A stretch of 64,000 bases of DNA. It comes from a virus. The notes under the pieces were generated by a model that ran no database searches, was not told where the DNA came from, and saw only the letters and a list, made by a program, of their open reading frames with translations. Shown in pieces: positions 29,223 to 37,588 of this stretch (position 1 is its first letter; every line of letters begins with the position of its first letter). The position numbers and the translations under genes were made by a program. The DNA lies in the IMG/VR virus record IMGVR_UViG_3300044568_002423, one strand, 5' to 3'.

Positions 29223-30050
29223 TTAAATGTTATTAATTTCGTTATTTAATAATATTAATTTATTAATTAAATCGATATTCTTAATTATTGGTGTCTTTAT
29301 TTTTACGATAGAGATAAAATCCCCTGCCTGACCAGTATGTACATTGGTAAATCCACCACCTTGTTTTGCAAATTCAACTCCCGTTTCGACTCCTGCTCTA
29401 ATATCGAGAGAAACTACCAGTCCGGATAGCATCTTGACTTGTTTTTTACATCCAATCATAGCTTCGATTGGACTTATTTCAATGTTAGTATAAACATTAT
29501 TACCTTTTCTTATATAATTACTATCTGGTGTTACATTAATAGTTACATTAAGACTGCCGCGAGGTATTCCTGGTAATGAATCATCACCAAGCCCTTGGTA
29601 TTGTATTGTATCACCGTGTTCAACTCCGGCTGGCACGTTTATAACTATACTCTGATGTTTGCCACTTGGCAAGGTATATTTTGCTTCGAGTTGTTTTCCC
29701 GTATATGAATCTATAAAAGATACTTCACAATTCATATTTAAATCCCTATTACGCCGTACCTGTTGTGGTTGTTGATGTCTAAAGATATCAAATGGATTAC
29801 CACCAAATATATCGTGAAAGTGATGGTGTGCATATGGATTATTGCTATTTCCATATAATTGTTTATTATCATATTCAGCACGTTTGGTCGGGTCGCCTAA
29901 AATATCATAGGCGGCTGAAATATCTTTAAATTTTTCTTGCGAACCACCTTTATCAGGATGGTGTTGATTGGCTAATTTTCGATAAGCTAGTTTAATTTCG
30001 TCTTGTTGAGCGTTTTTATCAACGCCTAATGTTTGATAGTGATCTGTCAT
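29223..30050 (-). CDS. dnaJ: DnaJ-class (CbpA-like, no zinc finger) co-chaperone
   Basis: J-domain HPD motif, DnaJ C-terminal domains. Confidence 0.85.
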   Translation of the reverse strand: MTDHYQTLGVDKNAQQDEIKLAYRKLANQHHPDKGGSQEKFKDISAAYDILGDPTKRAEYDNKQLYGNSNNPYAHHHFHDIFGGNPFDIFRHQQPQQVRRNRDLNMNCEVSFIDSYTGKQLEAKYTLPSGKHQSIVINVPAGVEHGDTIQYQGLGDDSLPGIPRGSLNVTINVTPDSNYIRKGNNVYTNIEISPIEAMIGCKKQVKMLSGLVVSLDIRAGVETGVEFAKQGGGFTNVHTGQAGDFISIVKIKTPIIKNIDLINKLILLNNEINNI

Positions 30051-30086
30051 TGTAATAAAAACCCGTTGAGTAAAGTAATATAGGTA

Positions 30087-30115
30087 ATTATACTACTTTA
30101 CTGCAACTAAGTCAA
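30087..30115 (-). promoter_or_regulatory. Sigma70 promoter for dnaJ-clpA, overlapped by an inverted repeat
   Basis: TTGACT-17-TATAAT; 14-bp IR 30069-30082/30089-30102 (1 mismatch). Confidence 0.75.
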
Positions 30116-30122
30116 GTTTTAA

Positions 30123-30416
30123 TTACTTTTTTTCTGGTACCTTGGTGCCTGCATATTTTTTGTGTTTCTTTTTACCAGGTTTTGCGTCAGGCGCTTTCTT
30201 TTCAGCAACTACTGGAGTGACAACTGGAGCAGGAGCAACTACTGGTGCTACCACTGGAGCAGGAGCAACTACTGGAGCAGCAACTGGAGCAGCAACTGGA
30301 GCGACAACTGGAGCAGCAACTGGAGCAGCAACTGGTGCTGGTTGAGTACTAGTTTCTGATTTGTCACAACCAGAAACTGTTAGTGTAATTAAAAATGCTA
30401 ATAGTAAGTTATTCAT
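30123..30416 (-). CDS. Lipoprotein with Ala-Pro-Val repeats and a basic tail
   Basis: Lipobox VSGC; 12-bp tandem units encoding APVA. Confidence 0.75.
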   Translation of the reverse strand: MNNLLLAFLITLTVSGCDKSETSTQPAPVAAPVAAPVVAPVAAPVAAPVVAPAPVVAPVVAPAPVVTPVVAEKKAPDAKPGKKKHKKYAGTKVPEKK

Positions 30417-30433
30417 TATATTTCCTTATATAT

Positions 30434-30925
30434 TTAAAGTATTGGATCTTCAGCGACTGGCATTATTTTACCAAAACGTCCTGATTCTACTGGTGCTGCT
30501 GCCGGCTGTTGCGGAGCAAAATTTGCTGCTGGAAAACTAGGTGCTGGTGGAGCAAAGCTTGGTGCGGCAGCAGGTGCTGGCATAAAACTTCCCATCATTC
30601 CACCGATGCCTGGAACAGCAGGTGCGGCAGGTGCGTCAACCCCATTTATTTTTTCTTGTGTTCTACCATGTGCGGTAATACCTAAAACAACACCCATTGC
30701 GATATGGTATAAACCACCACCTTGTAGTGTTAATGGTTGCCACATATCTAAATGTTGACCTGGGTTGTAAAATTGTAATAAGTTATACAGGATAGGACCG
30801 ACTACGAAATCAAACAAACATGTTAACATGTAAGTCATTGCCATCATAGGTCTCCAATTTTTGGACATAAAATCCTCGCCTTCTTTTTCCGCGTCGCTCA
30901 TTAAATCATATTTATTTCTTGACAT
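30434..30925 (-). CDS. Holin-like membrane protein
   Basis: WRP motif plus 2 TM segments, GRT.EK; within lysis cassette. Confidence 0.55.
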   Translation of the reverse strand: MSRNKYDLMSDAEKEGEDFMSKNWRPMMAMTYMLTCLFDFVVGPILYNLLQFYNPGQHLDMWQPLTLQGGGLYHIAMGVVLGITAHGRTQEKINGVDAPAAPAVPGIGGMMGSFMPAPAAAPSFAPPAPSFPAANFAPQQPAAAPVESGRFGKIMPVAEDPIL

Positions 30926-30954
30926 TGTTTGCTCCTTAAATTTAGTCAATCTTT

Positions 30955-31218
30955 TTATTTCATTTCATTTATTTTTTTTTGCTCTATATACCATTCTTGC
31001 CAAGCAGCTAACTTGTCCCTGGTTTCATAAAATGTACCATAATTTTTATTAGCATTTTCTAATAAATCACTCAAGTGCTGTTTATCAGCTGGCAATGGAT
31101 ACAATTGTGGAACTGGTTCAAGTAATACCAACGGCGCCTCCGGAAACTTAGCAGTCACTGGTACCGCTGTTGTACAACCAGTTAAACTAATTATCATAAT
31201 AACTAATGCCTTATTCAT
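30955..31218 (-). CDS. o-spanin (Rz1-like lipoprotein)
   Basis: Lipobox LTGC, Pro-rich; follows i-spanin. Confidence 0.75.
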   Translation of the reverse strand: MNKALVIMIISLTGCTTAVPVTAKFPEAPLVLLEPVPQLYPLPADKQHLSDLLENANKNYGTFYETRDKLAAWQEWYIEQKKINEMK

Positions 31219-31220
31219 AA

Positions 31221-31658
31221 TTATCTACCTTCTACTGCCGTATTATAAATCTTCAATGCTACTGGCGGAATAGTACATTCTGCATTAATAATTTCTTTAT
31301 GAGTTTTTATCACATCATGGTTGACAATTACTCGTTGTTTTACTACTTTGATTTTTTCAACCACTTTTTCTTGAATTACTGTATTGACTTGTTGAGATTT
31401 AGCTTCGGCAATAGCTAACTTGCCTTCTACTTCTTCAACCCGTGCTCGCCATACCATTTCAGTAGAATATCCACCTTCAAAGTAAATCCCTAACAATAAC
31501 AACATTGTTGAAATTATTTTAAGAGGAATACGATATTGAAGTATTCCTTTTATATTTTGTAAAAATAATCCCAGCAATGTTCCAGCAATACCAAGCACTA
31601 CGATTACATGAATAATTAATGCCAAGATACTATCTGGTAGAAAGTGTAATAACCACAT
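31221..31658 (-). CDS. i-spanin (Rz-like)
   Basis: N-terminal TM helices, coiled coil, C-terminal Cys; between endolysin and o-spanin. Confidence 0.65.
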   Translation of the reverse strand: MWLLHFLPDSILALIIHVIVVLGIAGTLLGLFLQNIKGILQYRIPLKIISTMLLLLGIYFEGGYSTEMVWRARVEEVEGKLAIAEAKSQQVNTVIQEKVVEKIKVVKQRVIVNHDVIKTHKEIINAECTIPPVALKIYNTAVEGR

Positions 31659-31660
31659 TA

Positions 31661-32287
31661 TTAGCCACCTAACACATGTAAGGCATGATTATAATGTTTA
31701 ATACGATCCGCCAATCCAATAGTACCGCCATTAATACGTTTCGTCAATGTCAAAATATCACCAGCATCTGCCCACTTATTTAAGTTATTAGTTTCCCAAA
31801 ACCAACATGCTGATTGAACAGCACCTTCAAATGTAGCCAAATATTCTGGCATATCTTCAATTGGTGATTCAATTGATTCAGCAAACTTAGTATAATTTTG
31901 TTTTCCAGTTAATTGGATTAATCCACGACCACAAAAACGAAATCCATCGCCTGAAGATTCTGGACCATTTCCCATACGACCACCGTAAACTCGGTTAGCA
32001 ATCATGGCTGGTTGTTGCGCATATTTTGCCGCTAATGCGTCAGTTGGAAAGTATTTTGGAAATACTTTGCGTAACGTAACTGCACGATAGTTTAAATTCT
32101 CTTTAAGGAATTTATAACCACCGCTCTCATGTGCAGTTTGTGCTAAGAAGCCAGCAACTCGTGGCAACGTAGTAATTTCGTAATCTGGTAAAATCATATC
32201 TAATGCTTCAAACCAATTGTTAATATATGGGTTTCCAGTTATGATTTTTCCTAATTTCTCTTCTGTAAAGTTAAACTCAAATGACAT
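31661..32287 (-). CDS. Glycoside hydrolase family 19 endolysin
   Basis: FLAQTAHES, ENLNY, GRGLIQLTG..NY, INGG..GL.DR. Confidence 0.9.
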   Translation of the reverse strand: MSFEFNFTEEKLGKIITGNPYINNWFEALDMILPDYEITTLPRVAGFLAQTAHESGGYKFLKENLNYRAVTLRKVFPKYFPTDALAAKYAQQPAMIANRVYGGRMGNGPESSGDGFRFCGRGLIQLTGKQNYTKFAESIESPIEDMPEYLATFEGAVQSACWFWETNNLNKWADAGDILTLTKRINGGTIGLADRIKHYNHALHVLGG

Positions 32288-33021
32288 TATTTTTTCTCCA
32301 ATGTAACAGCCCACCCGCTGTTTTCAAATATAAATGCATTACCTATTTTGGTAATATTGTAATTTCCAATATACTTTGTGAAGAACATAACTTCTGCTAT
32401 ATCCTTTCCTTCAAGCATAATTGGACCGCTAGCAGCATCATACACGGCATGCTTAGCTCCACTATTGATAATATTGAATGAAACTGGGTCTGCCCATACT
32501 TTCTTAAATGTAATTGTTTCATTCACTACATCAATTTCATCCGCATAGCTTTTAGAAAAGAAATTACTAAAATTATTTAATTGATTTCTCTTGGTGGCAA
32601 TTTCATATGCTTCTTTATCCATAGGGATAGTTTTTTCTAAATTTTCCAAAGTTGCATCCTGGCTTTCAAACCCTTTGAAATATCGAAATCGCATATCAGG
32701 AATACCTGTTAATCGCTCAATGCCTTCTAATAACTCTGCTATTTGCTCAGCAACATGCCTACTACGTTCTAGTTCTATGAATACTTTATAAGTACCATCA
32801 TCTGTCTCACCGGGACTTACGTCAGCGTCTAAAACGAAGTCATAACCCATTTCAACAAAATTTTCCAAATCTTTTGCTGGATCTTCACTATCAACCGTAA
32901 AGCACAATACAACAACGTCGCAATCAGCTCCTATTTTGCTCTTATATGAATCAATATCGAACACCTTCTTAACTAGGCGTCTCAAGTCTGTTGGTCTTAA
33001 ACTTTCTGTAATTGGTTTCAT
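32287..33021 (-). CDS. Hypothetical phage protein
   Basis: 244-aa ORF in late operon. Confidence 0.7.
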   Translation of the reverse strand: MKPITESLRPTDLRRLVKKVFDIDSYKSKIGADCDVVVLCFTVDSEDPAKDLENFVEMGYDFVLDADVSPGETDDGTYKVFIELERSRHVAEQIAELLEGIERLTGIPDMRFRYFKGFESQDATLENLEKTIPMDKEAYEIATKRNQLNNFSNFFSKSYADEIDVVNETITFKKVWADPVSFNIINSGAKHAVYDAASGPIMLEGKDIAEVMFFTKYIGNYNITKIGNAFIFENSGWAVTLEKK

Positions 33022-33023
33022 AA

Positions 33024-33605
33024 TTATATCACCGGTGCTGCTGGTGGCGCACTTCCACTCATTGCTGGTGGCGCCATAGGAGGAGCCATGCCCGGTGCTC
33101 CTGGTGCTCCTGGTGCTCCTGGTGCCATTGGAGCAGGCATAGGAGGTGCTGATTGTTCGGTTGTTTTAGTTTCGCTTTTCATTTTATCCATATAGCCTTT
33201 GTAAATATCAAATGCAACTTTTTTAGGCATTTGTATTTCAACTATCCAAATTGGTTTACGATCCATTTTTCCTTTTTTTGTTCCTGGACGAATATCATCC
33301 GGATCTTTAATCTTGCGTGGTTCTACTAAGTACGATGATTGAAAGCTAACTTTACATCCTATGTCGAGTAATCGTTTGCCACCTACTGGATCAGGCATCT
33401 TGTCTTTATCCCACATAAATCCAACAGTAATCCAATGCCGATCTATTTTTGGTCCATATGCTAATTCACCATCAATCCAATTGGCATAGACATACATGTC
33501 TAATTCGTCCAATACACGTTCAAAGTCTTTTAGTGCCGCTAGACTTGAATTATTTTCATATAAAGTTTGTATGTTTTTTATAACATCGAGTACATCTGTA
33601 GCCAT
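33024..33605 (-). CDS. Hypothetical phage protein with Pro/Ala/Met-rich tail
   Basis: ORF after GATAAATA (33672-33679). Confidence 0.7.
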   Translation of the reverse strand: MATDVLDVIKNIQTLYENNSSLAALKDFERVLDELDMYVYANWIDGELAYGPKIDRHWITVGFMWDKDKMPDPVGGKRLLDIGCKVSFQSSYLVEPRKIKDPDDIRPGTKKGKMDRKPIWIVEIQMPKKVAFDIYKGYMDKMKSETKTTEQSAPPMPAPMAPGAPGAPGAPGMAPPMAPPAMSGSAPPAAPVI

Positions 33606-33735
33606 TATTTTTTTCCTTTCGGGGATCGTATTGTAAAAATAGAATAATAAAATCCTATAATCTTATACTCTTATTTATCTGCTTTAAACCTTAATAGTAA
33701 TAGTTTACTTTTTTTAAAAAACAGTAAATACATGT

Positions 33736-33798
33736 GTAGGACCTATGTAGGTATCAAGGCCGGTTTCTACATGTCCTACCATCTCAATATCGTAGGAG
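33736..33798 (+). promoter_or_regulatory. Structured phoH 5' leader with alternative pairings
   Basis: GTCCTAC (33773-79) can pair with GTAGGAC (33736-42) or with the RBS-containing GTAGGAG (33792-98). Confidence 0.5.
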
Positions 33799-33807
33799 AA
33801 TTACTGA

Positions 33808-34530
33808 ATGAGTAGAAAACAAATGAAAAAACGTTTTACATCAGAAGTTAACATAATAGATTTTCAACCATACCTGCCACAAAAACGTCGGCAAGTTGTC
33901 CTAACTCCAAGAAATAATAGCCAACATGCCTATGTTGACAAATTAAATGACGAGAACAATAGCATAGTATTAGCTATCGGGCCAGCTGGAACAGGCAAGA
34001 CTTTATTGGCTGTACAACATGGAATTAAATTATTCCAAGAAGGAAAAATTGAAAGAATCATTGTGACTAGGCCAGCAGTTTCAGTAGATGAGGATTTAGG
34101 TTTCCTTCCAGGTACATTAAACGAAAAAATGGCACCGTGGACACGACCTATCTTTGATGTCTTCGCAGAGTATTATCAACAACGAGAGATAGCAAAATTT
34201 TTAGATGAGGGGGTTATTGAAATTAGTCCGCTTGCATATATGAGGGGTAGAACATTTAAGAACTCATATATAGTAGCAGATGAAATGCAAAATGCTACCA
34301 TAAACCAAATGAAAATGCTGCTAACTAGATTAGGTGAAAATTCTAAAATGGTAGTTACTGGTGATTTAGCACAAGCAGATCGCCGTACTGATAATGGTTT
34401 GATAAATTTTTGTACGCTTATTTCGCAAGCACCTGGATTAAGACACATTGATCTTGTTCAATTTACCGCACAAGATATAGAAAGACATGCCGCAGTTAAG
34501 GAGGTGTTATATATCTACGGCGATGATTAA
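33808..34530 (+). CDS. phoH: PhoH-family ATPase
   Basis: GPAGTGKT, LGFLPG, YMRGRTF, DEMQN, TRLG, GD..Q.D. Confidence 0.93.
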   Translation: MSRKQMKKRFTSEVNIIDFQPYLPQKRRQVVLTPRNNSQHAYVDKLNDENNSIVLAIGPAGTGKTLLAVQHGIKLFQEGKIERIIVTRPAVSVDEDLGFLPGTLNEKMAPWTRPIFDVFAEYYQQREIAKFLDEGVIEISPLAYMRGRTFKNSYIVADEMQNATINQMKMLLTRLGENSKMVVTGDLAQADRRTDNGLINFCTLISQAPGLRHIDLVQFTAQDIERHAAVKEVLYIYGDD

Positions 34531-34542
34531 AAGATAATTTCG

Positions 34543-34568
34543 AGATGGGATTATTTTTAATCCCATCT
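34543..34568. terminator. Bidirectional terminator
   Basis: AGATGGGATTA-TTTT-TAATCCCATCT between convergent genes. Confidence 0.75.
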
Positions 34569-34576
34569 ATTTACTC

Positions 34577-35509
34577 CTATGCTTCGTAATTTCTCGCAAG
34601 CCGAATCAACACGGCAGCCAAATTAATTTCTGGATCAATAACCAAGGTATGGTCAACTAATCCTTGTTTGATAATAAGAATGGCATTATCTTGTTTCTCA
34701 TCAGTATCCCCGAGCAATTCTAGATTATTATATAACCATCGATAAATTTCTTCCATCTCTTCTGGTCTAGCTTGACTACATATTAGTTTCCTAGCATCTG
34801 TTATTTTACCAGATTTGAATAGATCTACCATTTCAATCTTATAATCTCCTCCAGTAGTATCAATAGCTTGGATGGTCAGTTCGCCATGTAGACTATTCAA
34901 TTCACAATTATTAATACACTTACGCAAATCTGGATAAGATGCGTTAACAAATGTATCTAATGTATCTAAATCAAACTGCACATTTTCGGATAATAAAATG
35001 TTAGCTACTCTTGCGGTAAACTCATTGATATCCACTTTATCAACGTGAATAGACTGACATCGACTATGTATTGCCGGTATTATTCTATTTGGATAATTGC
35101 AAGTAAATATAAATCTGGCATATGCTTGGTAATCCACAATTAAACCACGCAATGCTGCTTGAGCAGACAAAGAAAGGTAATCTGCTTCGTCAAGTAATAC
35201 CACTTTAAACTCACCAAATGGAATCATTTGTATAAAGTTTGTGATTTTATCCCTAACATCGTCAACCGAATTAGTCCTCGATGCGTTTATCTCTAATAAA
35301 TCAAGCGAATTAACACCAATTAGATTAATAAGAACATGGGCTAATGTTGTTTTACCAACTCCCGCACTTCCACTAAACAGCAAATGAGGTATAGATTTAT
35401 CTTCATATACCCATTTATTAATTTGTTCTTTTTGATGTTCATCTTTAAATACAAACCCGTCTAATGTTGTTGGATTATATTTGTCGACCCATAGTTCTTT
35501 AGCTGCCAT
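34577..35509 (-). CDS. Clamp loader subunit (RFC small subunit / T4 gp44-like)
   Basis: LWVDKY.P, GSAGVGKT, EINAS, LDEAD, SRC, DLR. Confidence 0.9.
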   Translation of the reverse strand: MAAKELWVDKYNPTTLDGFVFKDEHQKEQINKWVYEDKSIPHLLFSGSAGVGKTTLAHVLINLIGVNSLDLLEINASRTNSVDDVRDKITNFIQMIPFGEFKVVLLDEADYLSLSAQAALRGLIVDYQAYARFIFTCNYPNRIIPAIHSRCQSIHVDKVDINEFTARVANILLSENVQFDLDTLDTFVNASYPDLRKCINNCELNSLHGELTIQAIDTTGGDYKIEMVDLFKSGKITDARKLICSQARPEEMEEIYRWLYNNLELLGDTDEKQDNAILIIKQGLVDHTLVIDPEINLAAVLIRLARNYEA

Positions 35510-35538
35510 ATAACTTCCGGTTTATGGTTATTGAAAAA

Positions 35539-35560
35539 TAAGCAGGAGAATTCCTGCTTA
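35539..35560 (-). terminator. Rho-independent terminator after groES
   Basis: TAAGCAGGA-GAAT-TCCTGCTTA followed by a T run on the minus strand. Confidence 0.7.
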
Positions 35561-35567
35561 ATATATT

Positions 35568-35957
35568 TTAATACATTGGTTGACTAAAATCAAATGTTTG
35601 TGTTGTTTGTTGATTTGATTGCCCCAAATACGCATCTGTTGGGCATTCATCACTAATCATCATTATAGATTTATTTTCCACACGACGAACTTCTATTTCT
35701 TCACCATCTGGTGTCTTGATCGTAATTCCTCGTGTCCATCTGCCATGTTCTACAAGTATCCAATCACCGACATTTACATCAGTTTGTATTTTACCAACCG
35801 CATATACCTTAGCCCATCTGGGTTTTATCCCTTCACTTTTGCCATTGTCGCTATTGATAATAATACCACTGGCGGTCTTTTGTTCGGCAAAGTTCATTCC
35901 AGTGACCAGTATACCATCTTGAATTGGTGTTAATTTATTACATGTTATAGCAGTCAT
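35568..35957 (-). CDS. groES: GroES-like co-chaperonin
   Basis: P..D.ILV, KTASGII mobile loop, VYAVG, V.VGD.IL. Confidence 0.85.
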   Translation of the reverse strand: MTAITCNKLTPIQDGILVTGMNFAEQKTASGIIINSDNGKSEGIKPRWAKVYAVGKIQTDVNVGDWILVEHGRWTRGITIKTPDGEEIEVRRVENKSIMMISDECPTDAYLGQSNQQTTQTFDFSQPMY

Positions 35958-36262
35958 TATTCACCTAATTGGTCAGTACTTTTGGCTGATGTTTTTATTG
36001 GTCGTGCAACTTGTTCAACAGGTAGATTAGGGACTTCTGCCGCTACTTTGCGAGAACGTATCTCATCTGGAATGTGTTGATCAGAAACGACCGATTCATC
36101 TTTCTTGCGAATAATTTTTCCACCAGGACCTAATTCATCACCTCTGGCATTGACTTTCACATTGCCAACGGCCACTGTTAGTTCATTTTGATTCATTAAC
36201 TTATTCATATCCACTTCTTTACCCTGCATTGAACGGTAAATTGCTTTTTGTTGTTCTTTCAT
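35957..36262 (-). CDS. Hypothetical protein
   Basis: AGGAG RBS; coupled to groES. Confidence 0.7.
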   Translation of the reverse strand: MKEQQKAIYRSMQGKEVDMNKLMNQNELTVAVGNVKVNARGDELGPGGKIIRKKDESVVSDQHIPDEIRSRKVAAEVPNLPVEQVARPIKTSAKSTDQLGE

Positions 36263-36284
36263 TAAATTCTCCTTATTGAGTTAC

Positions 36285-36788
36285 TTATCTTAAAAATTCT
36301 TGCCATTCTAATTTATATTTAATGCTGTGTATTTTATGAACACCTATTAGATATAAGACAAAACTAGCAACACTTGAACCTCTACCAACACCCCATACTA
36401 TGTTATTTTCCATACAGGTATCAACGAAATATTTAAGCCATTGTAATAATCCAGTCATATTTCTAGTAGAAAATTGTTCTAATTCCTCAAATACCCTAGC
36501 TTTTTCCTCCACGGTAGAGCATTTTGATATACAATATGCTTGAATATCAAACTCATAATATTTTGAAGGCATGAACCATTTATTTTGATTAATAGTGTCC
36601 ATTTCTGCAATTGATAAATCTTCCAATATGGGTGATAAAAAATTAGTATTGGTTATTGTTTCGAATTGAGTTATGTCTGGTGAGCGTTCCACCATAAGAT
36701 CGGTAAGTTTCGACGTATGTCCCTGATACAGGAAATTAAATACGTCGACTTCGTTGAATATTGGGTTGTTAAATTTATCTAATCGCAT
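36285..36788 (-). CDS. DNA polymerase III alpha (DnaE) fragment-like protein
   Basis: R..EEL..., WGVGRGSSVASFVLYLIGVH.I..IKY.L....FL; ends before the catalytic DxD. Confidence 0.7.
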   Translation of the reverse strand: MRLDKFNNPIFNEVDVFNFLYQGHTSKLTDLMVERSPDITQFETITNTNFLSPILEDLSIAEMDTINQNKWFMPSKYYEFDIQAYCISKCSTVEEKARVFEELEQFSTRNMTGLLQWLKYFVDTCMENNIVWGVGRGSSVASFVLYLIGVHKIHSIKYKLEWQEFLR

Positions 36789-36797
36789 TCAACTATT

Positions 36798-37028
36798 TTA
36801 GTTGATATTGATCAATTTGTCAAGTCCTTTTTCTCTATTTTCTAACATTTTTTGCCATTCATTTCTACGGCGTTCGGCCAGTTCTTCCTTATAGGTATCC
36901 AATACCGATGCAATTTGATTTTGTAATTCAAAATTATTAGTCATAAAGTATTTCTTTCCTAATTCGCCAATCTTGAATTCAAGCTCCGCATCTTTAAAAC
37001 TAGCTAAGTTGTTAACCAATGGGTGCAT
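36798..37028 (-). CDS. Hypothetical protein
   Basis: Coupled ORF. Confidence 0.6.
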   Translation of the reverse strand: MHPLVNNLASFKDAELEFKIGELGKKYFMTNNFELQNQIASVLDTYKEELAERRRNEWQKMLENREKGLDKLININ

Positions 37029-37588
37029 TAAAATTCACCCAAATACCTAATATAAACATGTGTTCCATGATCATAGCTCCATGCTTCTATAACTCTATGT
37101 TTACCATTTATATTCAATATATTTGGGCTAGGATATGTTCCTTCATATACCATAGTTCCAGCATTTACTGTGGTTAGAGCTGGTGTTCTTGCAGAGACTG
37201 TGTCGCTCTTAAGATGAACTCTTACTAAGGCATATTGATTAATAACTGGCCAATTGTTAAATCGTAAAGTGGCGTTGCCCGTCAGTGTGAATACCTGAAA
37301 GGGACCGTTGTTCAAGTCAATATCGGCAGATGAATTAACTGTTTCAGTGTGAACTGCCCCGTATAATTTATTGTATATACCATTACTAACGGTGGCTCCT
37401 AGTAAATTATTAACTATCCCAGCACCCATTTTAACTGATGTTGTTTGTAAATCTGTTATTTCGCTCTTTGCGATTTCCAATCCAGATTTTATAACGGAGA
37501 AATTATCTCTAAATCCTTGTGTGTTGTTGTCCTGTCCGGCAACTGGGTACGCAGCATCAATTGCTGAAAATTCTATATTACTACTCAT
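37028..37588 (-). CDS. Virion structural protein
   Basis: YPVAGQDNNTQGFRDNF N-terminus; in baseplate operon. Confidence 0.6.
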   Translation of the reverse strand: MSSNIEFSAIDAAYPVAGQDNNTQGFRDNFSVIKSGLEIAKSEITDLQTTSVKMGAGIVNNLLGATVSNGIYNKLYGAVHTETVNSSADIDLNNGPFQVFTLTGNATLRFNNWPVINQYALVRVHLKSDTVSARTPALTTVNAGTMVYEGTYPSPNILNINGKHRVIEAWSYDHGTHVYIRYLGEF

